From the NCBI GenBank assembly GCA_030390025.1, contig CM059432.1:149422001-149486000 (forward strand): 64,000 nucleotides of DNA, in the 5' to 3' direction. The position numbers were made by a program, and so were the translations under genes. The notes below the pieces were generated by a model. That model worked only from the letters and a program-made list of their open reading frames with translations. It was not told where the DNA came from and ran no database searches. Shown in pieces: positions 48,224 through 59,707 of the stretch. Position 1 is the stretch's first letter. The number at the start of each line of letters is the position of its first letter. Source of the stretch: Squalus acanthias (lineage: Eukaryota).

Positions 48224-49290
48224 TAGCAAGTGCCAGACAGCCCTTTTATCAGCAAGTCTGAAAGTTAAGGCATGGGTTGATGAAGTAATGATGATGATAA
48301 AGAAGGATGCTATGAATGGGCTGTCCTACTATATACTTACTCGTAGCTTCAATAAAGTTGTGTCTTGCAAGATTTTCTGTTTATCGGTATGTAGTTTGGA
48401 AAAAAATGCATCTATGTTCCATGTATCAGTGTTTTTTACTCATTAATTTACATCTAGTAGGAATGAATTGCACGTTGTTCAGTCAGTTCTCTGCAAGCAA
48501 ATTACACGTCTTGCTGTAGAGAGGATGAGTAATGTTTGAATTTATTCGCACTATTTGGCCAATTCACACCTCGGAAATTGTAGAAGAGATCCCTTAGAAT
48601 TTAATGCTGCCATTTTAGAATTCTGAAAAGGAAATAGCTTTTCAACTCTATGTAAAACACTTAACCCACTGCAAGCGACTCCCCTAACAGATTTGTTGCA
48701 AGTACGGAGTCTGTTACCAGATGTGTCTGTGTCCGTTTGGCTGTAATGATAGCACTCTCGCCTCTGGATTGAGGTTCAAACCCCAGTCCAGGATGTGAGC
48801 AGATAATCTAGGTTGGCCATTTCGGTGCAGTACTGAGAAAGTGCTGCATTGTCAGAGGTGGTGTTTTTTGGATGAGCGGACAGCCCGAGGTTCTGGAGTC
48901 ATACAGCACAGAAGGAGGCAAGCGTTCCATCGTGCTTGTGCTGGCTCTTTTGTAAAGAGCGATCGAGTTAGTCCGACTCCCCTGCTCTTTCCCCGCAGGC
49001 CTGCAGATTGTTCCTTTTCAAGTTTATCTCCAATTCCCTTTTGAAAGTTTCCAGTGAATCTGCTTCCACCGCCCTTTCAGTGCATTCCTGATCATAACAA
49101 CTCACAGCATTAAAAAAGAATCTCCTCATCTTCACCCTAGTTCTTTTGCCAATTGTTGTTTATTGGCCCTCCTGCCAGTGGAAGTCATTTCTCCCTATCT
49201 ACTCTAACAAATAGAGCAGTGTGTAAACCAGGCTACCAATATGCTATCACCTGATTTGTACTACCACCCAAGATTAACTTCATACTCATT

Positions 49291-50123
49291 GGGCTGGATT
49301 TTGCCAGCCCTGGGGAGGCGGATTTGGAGGCGGGACTGCCGGGAAAATGGCAGAAACCGGGGGCGGGTACCCATCCCGCCCCCAACCCGCCTCCGTGCCA
49401 TTTCCCAGGAGGCGGGTAGCCGACCCGTCTCCTGGAGGCGGGAAGGGGATTACAGCCACTCAACTGCCTGTTAACAGGTAGTTAACAGGTAGTTAAGAGG
49501 ATTATCCCCATTTTTCCACCAGAGGTCGTGGGCTTCCCGAAGGCTGCGAACCCCACCCGGGTCACCGAGGCGAGCAGTGGGTCTGCGGGGGTCGGAGGGG
49601 TCCAAAAGTGTGCTGTGGAGGTAAGTGATGGGTGCAAGTGTGGAGAGGTGAGTATCTGAGGTGAGTGGAAAGTGATAGAAAATTTTTACTTACCTTCGTT
49701 TGTTCCTGCAGGCTTCAACAGTTGGGGATGCGGAGAGTCTCGCATCTCACCGGCAGAGATGACAGGTGGCTGCTGCATTCTCCGATGCAACAACCATCTA
49801 ATTTCTGCTCACAAAAGAGGTTTGATGAGTCTTGAATACAAGGACTCATCAAACAACAGGGAATGTCAGTGTTTGACAGCTTCACAGAGCTGTCAAACGA
49901 TGACAATTCATCTGTCAAAAAATTTTGACAGATGAAACGTCATAGGCTGACGTTCTCTGTAACCAGCTTCCCCTTAATTGGCCTGCTGAGCCTGCTGGGC
50001 GGGCTTAACAAGGTCAATCAAGGGAAAATAGCGTGGGTTGGCCACAAGTTGATGGAGGCGGGACTGAAACCCGACAAGCAGCAGTCCCGCCCCCAACGCG
50101 CCCCCATTGGCAAAATCGCCCCC
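49291..50123. mobile_element. ~830-bp Harbinger-like MITE, copy 2 (inverted relative to copies 1 and 3)
   Basis: TIRs gggctggattttg / caaaatcgccccc; TSD ATT/ATT. Confidence 0.8.
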
Positions 50124-52369
50124 ATTGTCTCTGAGCCATACAGACAAGGAAGGTCAAACTCTAGTTTGTGCCCACTGAACTTAATCGGGCAAACAATTAG
50201 CTGCATTTCCCCAATTGAGGGAAGGGAGAGTGATTGGAGTTCTCGTCTCTGATTGCTATCCGGTGGCCCCTACTCAAAGTGCACACGTGAAATGAGAGCA
50301 GGGCCAGAATGGGCTATGAAGTACTTTACAGTGGGAAGTTTGCGGGCACTCACTGTCAAAACTCACCCATGGGCATTGGTCACTTGGGCGAGGTGGCAGA
50401 GGGCAACTGCCACCTGTGGAGCTATCCCCCAGCAAGGGAGTCGACGTTGCCTGAGGAAGAGGAGAAAAATTGGAGAGGGCAAAAAAAAAAGTCAGTCTAG
50501 CGATCACTGCCCCAGAGAAGAAACGCAAAGGAAATGTCCAGTTTCTAAGCAACGGTTTGTTAGATAAACAACAGTAGGGGACCATTCATTGAACTGACCA
50601 GATATTTACACCAGCTGGACGAAAGTCTGTGTTCCGCCTAGGAGTAAATAGTCCCTTCAGAGCGTGTAACTATTTCAGGTACTGTGCGGATCCAGGAGTG
50701 GATTTTTAAAAAAAAAGTTTTTTTTTGTCCTTGTGCAGGAAGCCATTCCAGATTTTGTAAGCTGATGATCCCATTCTGGAGGGCTACTCGATTGGAGCAC
50801 TTATTCCTGCCATTCAGTTTGATGCTCTTCCAACTCTGGACAATTCAGGCTGGCAAGTGCACCCAAAGCAGCTGGCTGGCTGAGATGCATCTATTCCCAG
50901 AAACGTCACGTCACAAAAGCCCCCTCCAGGATATCCCCAGAATAGGATCCCTGCAGTCTGGTGCTGTTTTCAGAGGAGTTTATGGGGTGATTTGAATGGA
51001 GGTGTTTAAATTATGCAGGGCTTGAGAGTAGATGGAAACAGACTGTTTCCAGTGATTGAGGGGTCTAGAACAAAGGGGCAATGATATCAGATTTAGGACC
51101 GAGCGGGAGAAGATTTTTTAAGAGGGTTGTGAGGCTGTGCAATGTATCACCAGACCTAGTGATTGAAGCACAGACCATGCAAACATTCCAGAGTAGATTA
51201 AAGAGGTGGTTGACAGAATGTGAATAAAGGGATATGAGACCAGGCCGAGAACTGCGGATGAGAACTGCTGATCGTGCAGAGGATAAACACTGACACAGAC
51301 TGCTTGGGCCGGTGGCCTGTTTCTGTTAAAATTAAATAGAAATTGCATTGCAGGTTTTGCCTGTTTGGCTCCCAGTCAAGCAACGCCTCAATTTTAAAAT
51401 TCTCATCCTTGTTTTCAAATCCCTCCATGGCCTCGCTCCTCCCTATCTCTGTAATCTCCTCCAGCCCTACTACCCTCAGATCTCTGCGCTCCTCCGATTC
51501 TGACCTCTTGAGCATCTCCAATTTTAATCGCTCTACCATTGGCGGCCGTGCCTTCAGCTGCTTCGGCCCTAAGCTCTGGAATTCCCTCTAAAGCTCTCTG
51601 TGTCTCTACCTCTCTCCTCCTTTAAGATGCTCCTTAAAACCTACCTTTTTGACCAAGCTTTTGGTCACCTGCCCTAATATCTCCTTATGTGGCTCGGTGT
51701 CTGATTTTGTTTGCTAACACTCCTGTGAAGCGCCTTGGGATGTTTTACTACATTAAGGGCGCTATATAAATACAAGTTGTTGTTGTCGTTGTTCTCACTC
51801 AATCCGTGTCAGATACGTTAAACCAAGGCCTTGTCTGTCCTCTCAAGTGGACGTAAGATATCCCATGGCACTATTGGAAGAAGAGCAGGGGAGTTCTCCC
51901 AGTGTCCGAGCCAATACTTATCCCTCAACCAGCACGTTGGGATGGCATGAGGTTGTGAAAAATGCTATATAGTTGTAAATTTGTTCTTTCTTTCTATTGG
52001 AACCCTACAACCTGAAGTGTGCTGTATTATGATGATAGATTAACGTGCAGCTACAAGATCAGGGTGGCAGAGAGCCACAGGATCTGTGGCTACCTTGAGA
52101 GGCACTTTGTTAGCTCTTTCTACAGCCAGGCCACGTGCTGCTGGAGCCCAGAGACCCAACAGACCGTAGGGTGACTCCAAGGTGAATGAAGCCTGCCGCC
52201 TCACAGCTATTTCCAAACCATCTTCAATTCTTTCCAATCCATCCACGAAAGACTCTGGTGCCCAAGCAGGGAAAGATGTGGTCAAATGAAGGAGACTTGC
52301 TGAAAGATGGCACCTATCCTCCAAACTTGCTGTCCCCAGTTCCTTCCGCTGTCTCCTGCAGAAACAGAG

Positions 52370-52596
52370 TGAGATGAATCTGTCATTCATGAAAGAAAGA
52401 TTTATGAAATAATACTGAGTGGCCTGCGGGTGGCGCTGTCCAGGGTGAGTATAAATCCTGGGGCACGGGCCCAGCTTGCGCAGGACATTCTTAACAGGAA
52501 CTAGTGAAGGACAGAACTAGACCTCCATGTTGTAAAACAGTTGATTAAAGCTTTGTTTAACGCTTAGACCAAGTGCCTAGTAGTTTTCTTACGTCA
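52370..52596 (+). mobile_element. Solo LTR, 227 bp, TSD CAGAG
   Basis: TG...CA ends, TATAAAT and ATTAAA; CAGAG at 52365-69 and 52597-601. Confidence 0.85.
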
Positions 52597-53997
52597 CAGA
52601 GCTTGGATCATTTCTTCCGGGGGGGTGATCAGCCTTCGTCTGCGATCAGGACAGTGAAGAATATTAGCGCACTTGAGTCAGCCCCTGGAATCACACCCGG
52701 CTGAACAGAAGATTTCCCTCCTGGCCTTCACCTTGCCCAAAGCCACAGTCTGTTCTTTGTAGTGAGTGGGAGCTGAGCTTGCAAGTATGAATGACCACCT
52801 GTTCGGATGGCCCAGTACGAAGGGACATTGCCTCTTGTATAATGTGCAAGAATGCTGTGGAACGGGCCAGAAGTTGGACTGCATTCCGGCGGGGCCAGCG
52901 TGTCTATAAGTGCATCTCGTGCAACACTCCTCCTGTAGAGAAAGAGGCTTCATCCATCCAAACAAGGATGTTCTTACCGTGGCACTTTGGCACATTTCAG
53001 AAAACTGCTCCCAGGTTCAGTAGACCTGGGAGATGATCGCGAACTGTGCAGCTAACTCCTTCCATGCTGCTTTCACAGTGACCCTCACGGGAAGGTGAGC
53101 CTCTGCCCTGATCATAGTCAACATCCTTTACTGTATCTCTCTGAGCAGGACCTCCCAGGGTTTCTCTCCCGAAAGAGGCAGTCTTGGGCACTTTGCTCCT
53201 TCTAGCCATGCTTCGTCATGCTAACTGTTGCCTTGATGGCCAAAAGGTGTCTCCCCATCAAGCGAGCATCCTCCTTTTCATATGCAGCTGCCTTGTCCAA
53301 CTGTGTGACGGGCAGTCCATCAGCTTTCAGGCTTGACTCCACGGGCACATTGTCCTCGTGCTGGGAGCCCAGACAAGTGAGGCAGGGGCGTGGGTCCCGT
53401 ATCAGGACCTTGGACACTACAGGTGTGCACAGCCTTCAGTTTGGATGGTGCTGGAAAATTGCAACTTTGGTGCAATGTGTAACTCCTTTCCACCTAACTG
53501 TACAATCTTAGTGTAATTGCACCTCTAATTAAATTATGATGAAGTTGAAATGCAGTCGAACTTAACTAACGAACTCCTCGGGACCGACAGAAAAGATAGT
53601 TACATCAGGGCGTTCACGATAGTCGGGCTTGACGATTTGCTGCATCAGAAAAATGAAGAAACAGCCAATTTGAATTGAACAACATTTTATTCTGTTATAA
53701 ACTATACAACGTGGATTGCTTCATATTATTCCTGCTTTTCCCAACAGATGCTGTTTGTATCTTGTTGCAGCAGTGCTCTTTGCTAAGCTGAGTTCTTTGC
53801 AGATTGTGTCTTGTTATTTTTCCGTTATGGTCCACGCCATCACTGATTTGAAGTTTTGTTTGAGACAATCTCTTACTCAACATCTTCACGCCTGTTGCCT
53901 GGCTGCAGTTGCCACCTGCCAGTTTCCTCATTGCAGATACCTCTAGACGCTTGTTGCTGTTTGTGTGCAGTTGACGAACCGTCTTATCAGGCAACGA

Positions 53998-54505
53998 CTG
54001 CAACGAAGGTTCACTTGGTTGATTCCTGGGATGAGAGGGCTGCCCTATGAGGACAGATTGAGTAGATTGGGCCTATATTCTCTGGAGTTTAGAAGAATGA
54101 GAGGTGATCTCATTGAAATGTAGAAAATTTGTCGAGGGATTGACAGGGTAGATGCTGAGAGCCTGTTTCCCCTGGCTGGGGAGCCTAGAACCAGGGGGCA
54201 CAGTCTCAGGATAAGGGGTCGGCCATTTAGGACTGAGATGAGGAGGAATTTCTTCACTCAGAGGGTGGTGAATCTTTGGAATTCTCTACCCCAGAGGGCT
54301 GTGGATGCTCAGTCGTTCAGTGTATTCAAGGCTGAGATCGATAGATTTTTGGATACGAAGGGATCAAGGGATTTGGGGATGGGGCTGGAAAGTGGAGCTG
54401 ATGTAGAAGATCAGTCATGAACTTATTGAATGGCAGAGTAAACTCGAGGAGCCGTATGGCCGACTCCTGCTCCTATTTCTTATGTTCTTAAGTTCTTGTG
54501 TTCTT
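53998..54505 (+). mobile_element. CR1 3' fragment
   Basis: RRNFFTQRVVNLWNSLPQRAVDA; ttatgttctt tail. Confidence 0.88.
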
Positions 54506-54954
54506 GTGTGTCATGAGGGATTCACACTACAATAGGTTATCTTTCAATTAGCTTCAGCTTGAATTCCATCGTTGTGTCCGGGGCAATCCTCCTTGAGTGT
54601 TTGTTGTAGTAGGGCTAATTTCCATTGAAAAAAAATCAAGTCTTGCTGTTGGGATCGTTAAAGCCGGGGGTTATAAATAGGATGTGTTCTAGTGCAATTA
54701 TACTGTCCGTTCAGTGCACTGAGTGGCACTTGTAATTACTTCAATTGCACAGATGTTGGTCAGTCAGTTAAATGCTGCACGGACTTTGCCTCTCCTGCCC
54801 TATCTAAAAGGCGGAGAACATCAAGCTGTCAGACTGTATTGTTCAGACTAAAACTAGTAATCACATTTATTTAAGTATGATTTTTAATTACACAGAAGCG
54901 GAAGCTCATTTCTCTGACCTCTCCAAGTACTCCATTGTGCCACATTTCCATGAA

Positions 54955-55265
54955 CTGCACTGTCGGCGGTGCCGTCTTTCGGATGAGACGTTAAACCGAG
55001 GCCCTGTCTGCTCTTCAGGTGGACATAAAAGATCCCGTGGCACTGTTTCGAAGAAGAGCAGGGGGGAGTTATCCCCGGTCTCCTGACCAATATTTATCCC
55101 TCAACCAACATAACAAAAACAGATTATCTGGTCATTATCACATTGCTGTTTGTGGGAGCTTGCTGTGCGCAAGTTGGCTACATTACAACAGTGACTACAC
55201 TTCAAAAGCGCTTTGAGACGTCCGGTGATCGTGAAAGGCGCTATATAAATGCAAGTCTTTCTTTC
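54955..55265 (+). mobile_element. Deu-domain SINE, 5'-truncated
   Basis: gatgagacgttaaaccgaggccc core and tail. Confidence 0.8.
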
Positions 55266-56265
55266 TAACTGATTACAAAGCAGATTAGCTCCAGTCACAG
55301 ACGTTTATCTACAGGTAACTGACGTCTTTGGGTAAGAATGGGTCAAAAATTAGTGACCGGAGAAAACCCTGGCTGTAACGTTTGATACAACAACGAGGAA
55401 TTCAAATACCCTTGAAAGTCGGACAGCAGCAGTTGCTAAAATCTGTGATATGTAATTGCCTACTGAACTTGTTAATTAAACTTGTACATATACCCACGTT
55501 ATACTTCCGTCAACCATCTAAAAAGAAAACTAAGAAGTACATTTTTTTAATGTTGAAATGTTTTAACAATGTTAATGTTGAACACGAATGAAATAAGGAA
55601 TTGCTTTTTATATAAATACACTTTTGGCCACTAATGGTTTACAGGACTGGAAAAAAATGTTGCAGACCATCTAGCCAGCCCGGAAAAACACACAGATCCT
55701 GATTTCAAGCTGTCTGAATTTCACAATAAAACACATTTAAAACTTTTAAAATGTTTCTTTCTTTCTCTTTCTCTGTCTCCTTGCCTTACTCTCTTTTTCT
55801 CTTTCAGTCCTGGTCTTTCTCTTCTCTTCTCTCTATCTCGCACAGACACACTGTATGAAACGGTTGCTTGGCCTTTCAGACAGACACCCACGTGCTTTGG
55901 AAATTCCTGGGTGAAGATAGTGTCCAGTCTGCGAATGTTGCCAGGTTACTTTGAACCCTCTTTGAAACTCTTGCAAGTGCACTTGGTCATCCCGATTTGA
56001 ATAGCATTGTTCCTGACCAGCAGTTCGGTTGCCTGGTACTTACTGAACTGTCCTCCACCAGGGATCCCAAACTCCGCCTCCGGCTTCTTAAACCACTCTC
56101 CGATGGTGGAACAAAGAGAGTTCTTGTGTTGTTCTCTGCGGGCTGTGTGCACTGCTACTTGTCAAAGAGGACCCCGTGCGGAAGCAGCAGTATGTGACCG
56201 TACAGAGGGGGAGACAACTAATAGTTGCAAGTTTTGTTTAAACCAGTGACTTGGACCACTGTCTA

Positions 56266-56329
56266 ATGCCAGTTCTGCACAATGGTGGGTGCCCAGATAT
56301 TCCTACCTCACACAACCTCTGGAGCATCG
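56266..56329 (+). CDS. DCLK3: Candidate alternative first coding exon of DCLK3: MPVLHNGGCPDIPTSHNLWSI(G)
   Basis: ATG preceded by an in-frame TAA at 56239; consensus donor G|GTGAGT at 56330 in phase 1, the same phase as the DCX exon; lies in a unique-sequence island (~55270-56630). Confidence 0.4.
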
Positions 56330-56633
56330 GTGAGTTGTAACCATTAAGTTTTATATGCATGTTAAATATTGCATGTGCTGGGCTTGTTTGTAGATTATAG
56401 AGGGACTCTTAGAAATGAAAACAGTGGCAAACTGGAGTGTAGTATTTTTTATGAGAGGAGATCTTTGCCTGGTATTTAGTGATTTGTTTTAAGAGAACAT
56501 TTAGTCCACATAATAAAAATGGCTATTGTGCACTGCTCCCCCAGCTGGAGACTGTCTCTGTCTAGACCAGCTGTCCCTGCGGAAGCCCAGTCCGTTCACA
56601 CTTGAGCGAGCGCCGTCACGTGTTGATCACCTG

Positions 56634-56871
56634 ACACCATCATCCCTTTTGTCTCTTTATCTCTCCTGCCTTCCACCCTATCACAGACCTTCCCTTTTGT
56701 TCTTTCCTCCCCCCTCCCTTTCCCTGCCCCTGCACTTGCTTAAAAACCTGTTCCATCTCCAACTTTTTCCAGTTCTGACGAAGGGTCATTGACCTGAAAC
56801 GTTAACTCTGTTTCTCTCTCCACAGATGCTGCCTGGCCTGCTGAGTGTTTCCAGCATTTTCTCTTTTTATT
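56634..56871 (+). mobile_element. Penelope 3' terminal fragment containing a hammerhead ribozyme (56771-56807)
   Basis: Reverse complement of the 7839-8090 region; AGTT CTGACGA AGGGTC ATT GACCT GAAA CG TT AACT. Confidence 0.85.
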
Positions 56872-56889
56872 TTAATTTTATATTATATA

Positions 56890-57620
56890 AGAAGAAAGAA
56901 CTTGCATTTATATAGCGCCTTTCATGACCGGGGCTTTAAAGCCAATCAATTACTTTTTGAAGTGTAGTCACTGATATAATGTAGGAAATGCAGCTGCCAA
57001 TTTGCAAACAGCAGTGTGAAAATGACCAGATCATCTGTCTTTTGGTCTGAGTCGAGTGATAAATATTGGCCAGGACACCGGGGAGAACACCCTGCTCTTC
57101 TTTGAAATAGTGCCATGGGATCTTTTATGTCCACCTGAGAGGACAGATGGGGCCTCGGTTTAACGTCTCATCCAAAAGACGGCATCTCCGACTGTGCAGC
57201 ACTCCCTCAGCACTGCCCCTCCGACAGTGCAGCACTCCCTCAGCACTGCCCCTCCGACAGTGTAGCGCTCCCTCAGCACTGCCCCTCCGACAGTGCAGCA
57301 CTCCCTCAGCACTGCCCCTCCGACAGTGCAGCGCTCCCTCAGCACTGCCCCTCCGACAGTGCAGCGCTCCCTCAGCACTGCCCCTCCGACAGTGCAGCGC
57401 TCCCTCAGCACTGCCCCTCCGACAGTGCAGCGCTCCCTCAGCACTGCCCCTCCGACAGTGCAGCACTCCCTCAGCACTGCCCCTCCGACAGTGCAGCGCT
57501 CCCTCAGCACTGAGTGGAAATGCCAGCCTAGATTTTGTGCTCAAGTCTCTGAAGTGGGACTTGAACTCACAACCTTCTGACTCCGAGGCAGGAGTGCTGC
57601 CCACTGAGCCAAGGCTGACG
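56890..57620 (-). mobile_element. Deu-domain SINE with an internal 33-bp tandem expansion (57188-57511, ~10 units)
   Basis: Unit CCGACAGTGCAGCRCTCCCTCAGCACTGCCCCT, period 33, embedded in SINE sequence. Confidence 0.88.
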
Positions 57621-58439
57621 CATCTGCCCAAAGCAATGGGCCCAAAACTAGGGGCCGTAAATATAAGATAGTCACTATTAAATCCAATAAGGAATTCAGG
57701 GGAAACGTCTTTACCCAAGGAGTGGTGAGAATGTGGCACTCGCTACCACAAGACCTAGTGGAGGCAAATAATATCGATGCATTTAAGGGGAAGCTGGATA
57801 AACACATGAGGAAAAGGAATAGAATGATATGCTGATAGGGTGAGATGAAATGGGGTGGGAGGAGGCTCGTGGGACATAAACGCCAGCGTAGATTAGTTGG
57901 GCCGAATGGCTTGTTTCTGTGCTGTAGACTCGATGTCATGGGGTAGATTTTTGTCTCTACTGCCTGATATCTGGGTAGAGCACAGAGAGGAACATTGGGT
58001 GGGGAGGAGGGATTGCACACCTTTACTGAGTCTGCCACTTTTCTTCCATTAATTTAACTGGAAGGGGCAATGCTCTGTCACGAGCATGTGATCCTCTCTG
58101 CCCAATCTTCCCCCTTTGCACACCACCCAGGCACCATGGACAAAAGTCTACTCCACGCCTTGGGTAACGGCTGATGTCTTGACATTCGTAATATTCAGAG
58201 ATCTGCGTCGTGAGGACAAGCTACGGACGTGCTGAATCCGACTTGGCAAACAATCTCAGTAGATCCGAGAATCAGCGGGAGACGGGGAAATCGAGCAAAA
58301 TCCGTGCGTCCTCCGCTGTCGCACTTCCCCCCAAAATGGCTGTGGATGCTGGGTCAATTTAAAGATTTTTCTTGGGTAAGGGGAGTCAGGGATATGGAGC
58401 GATGGCGGGTAAACGAAGTTGAGGTACAGTTCAGCCATG

Positions 58440-58896
58440 AAAGACTTGCATTTCTATAGCACCTTTCACGACCACCGGATGTCTCAAAGCACTTTACAGT
58501 CAATGAAGTACTTTTGAAGTGTAGTCACTGTTGTAATGTGGGAAACGCAGCAGCCAATTTGCGCACAGCAAGCTCCCACAAACAGCAATGTGATAATGAC
58601 CAGATAATCTGTTTTTAGTGATGTTGGTTGAGGGATAAATATTGGCCCCAGGACACCGGGGAGAACTCCCCTGCTCTTCGAAATAGTGCCATGGGATCTT
58701 TTACATCCACCTGAGAGAGTAGACGAGGCCTCGGTTTAACGTCTCATCCGAAAGACGCCACCTCTGACAGTGCAGCACTCCCTCAGCACTGCACTGGAGG
58801 GTCAGCCTAGCTTTAATGTGCTCGAGTCCCTGGAGTGGGACTTGAACCCACAACCTTCAGATCAGAGGTGAGTGTGCTACCCACTGAGCCACAGCT
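58440..58896 (-). mobile_element. Deu-domain SINE, full length, inserted in a CR1 3' UTR
   Basis: The CR1 UTR cagccatga...tctgattgaatgg is split by the SINE. Confidence 0.85.
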
Positions 58897-59399
58897 GATC
58901 TGATTGAATGGTGAAACAGGCTTGAGGGGCTGAATGGCCTCCTCCTGTCGCTGTGTTTTGATCTCTGTAGGCTGTGTGGGACGCACACATTGAGAGAACA
59001 CAGCACGAACATAAACTGAAAGTGCCTTCAAAGTACTTTTAGTCCATTTAACAACGTGCTGCACTTTGAAGGGTTATTGAATTGGAGTTATAATAAATAC
59101 TGAAGGGGACAATGTAATCTGCCTTTATTCATTTCAATTTGAGAAAGAAGGATTACTCCTGATCAATCTCATGAGGAAATGAAAGGCAGACTTCTGTTTG
59201 ATTACATCAAAGAGCAGTACAGTGAAGGGACCTGCGTCATTACTATATTAAGCTGGGGATACACGGCCAGATCTCTTATTGCAATACTTCTGCTCAAATA
59301 GGTTTTAACTGTTTCCTTGGCATTTTCTTTTGAATCTTCTAGAAAGACAGAATTTAAATGAACTTGCCAAGCTCATAATCCAGCTGCCATAGAAGGTAG

Positions 59400-59627
59400 T
59401 GACATGAATCTTGTCATTCATGTGGAAATGACTTATGAAATAATACTGGGCGGCCTGCTAGTGGCGCTGTCCAGGGAGAGTATAAATACTGGGGCACGGG
59501 CCCAGCTTGCTCAGGACATTCTTAACAGGAACTAAAGAAGGACACAACTTGACCTCCATGTTGTAAAACAGTTGATTAAAGCTTTGTTTAACGCTTAGAC
59601 CAAGTGCCGAGTAGTTTTCTTACATCA
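59400..59627 (+). mobile_element. Solo LTR, 228 bp, TSD GGTAG (same family as 52370-52596)
   Basis: TG...CA ends; GGTAG at 59395-99 and 59628-32. Confidence 0.85.
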
Positions 59628-59707
59628 GGTAGCATGCCTGAAATTCACTGATTCCACTCTTGTGTCACTCAGGAAGTATCCGGAATGACACTGCAGTTCA
59701 GATGATG

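Noticed and set aside
52030..53520. Further DCLK3 exons, or a minus-strand gene exon
   Set aside because: Frames after candidate acceptors hit stops, and the apparent minus-strand acceptor is created by the LTR junction; probably an old decayed LINE.
52370..59627. One 7.2-kb LTR retrotransposon bounded by the two LTRs
   Set aside because: Each LTR has its own distinct TSD, and no gag/pol, PBS or PPT is seen between them.
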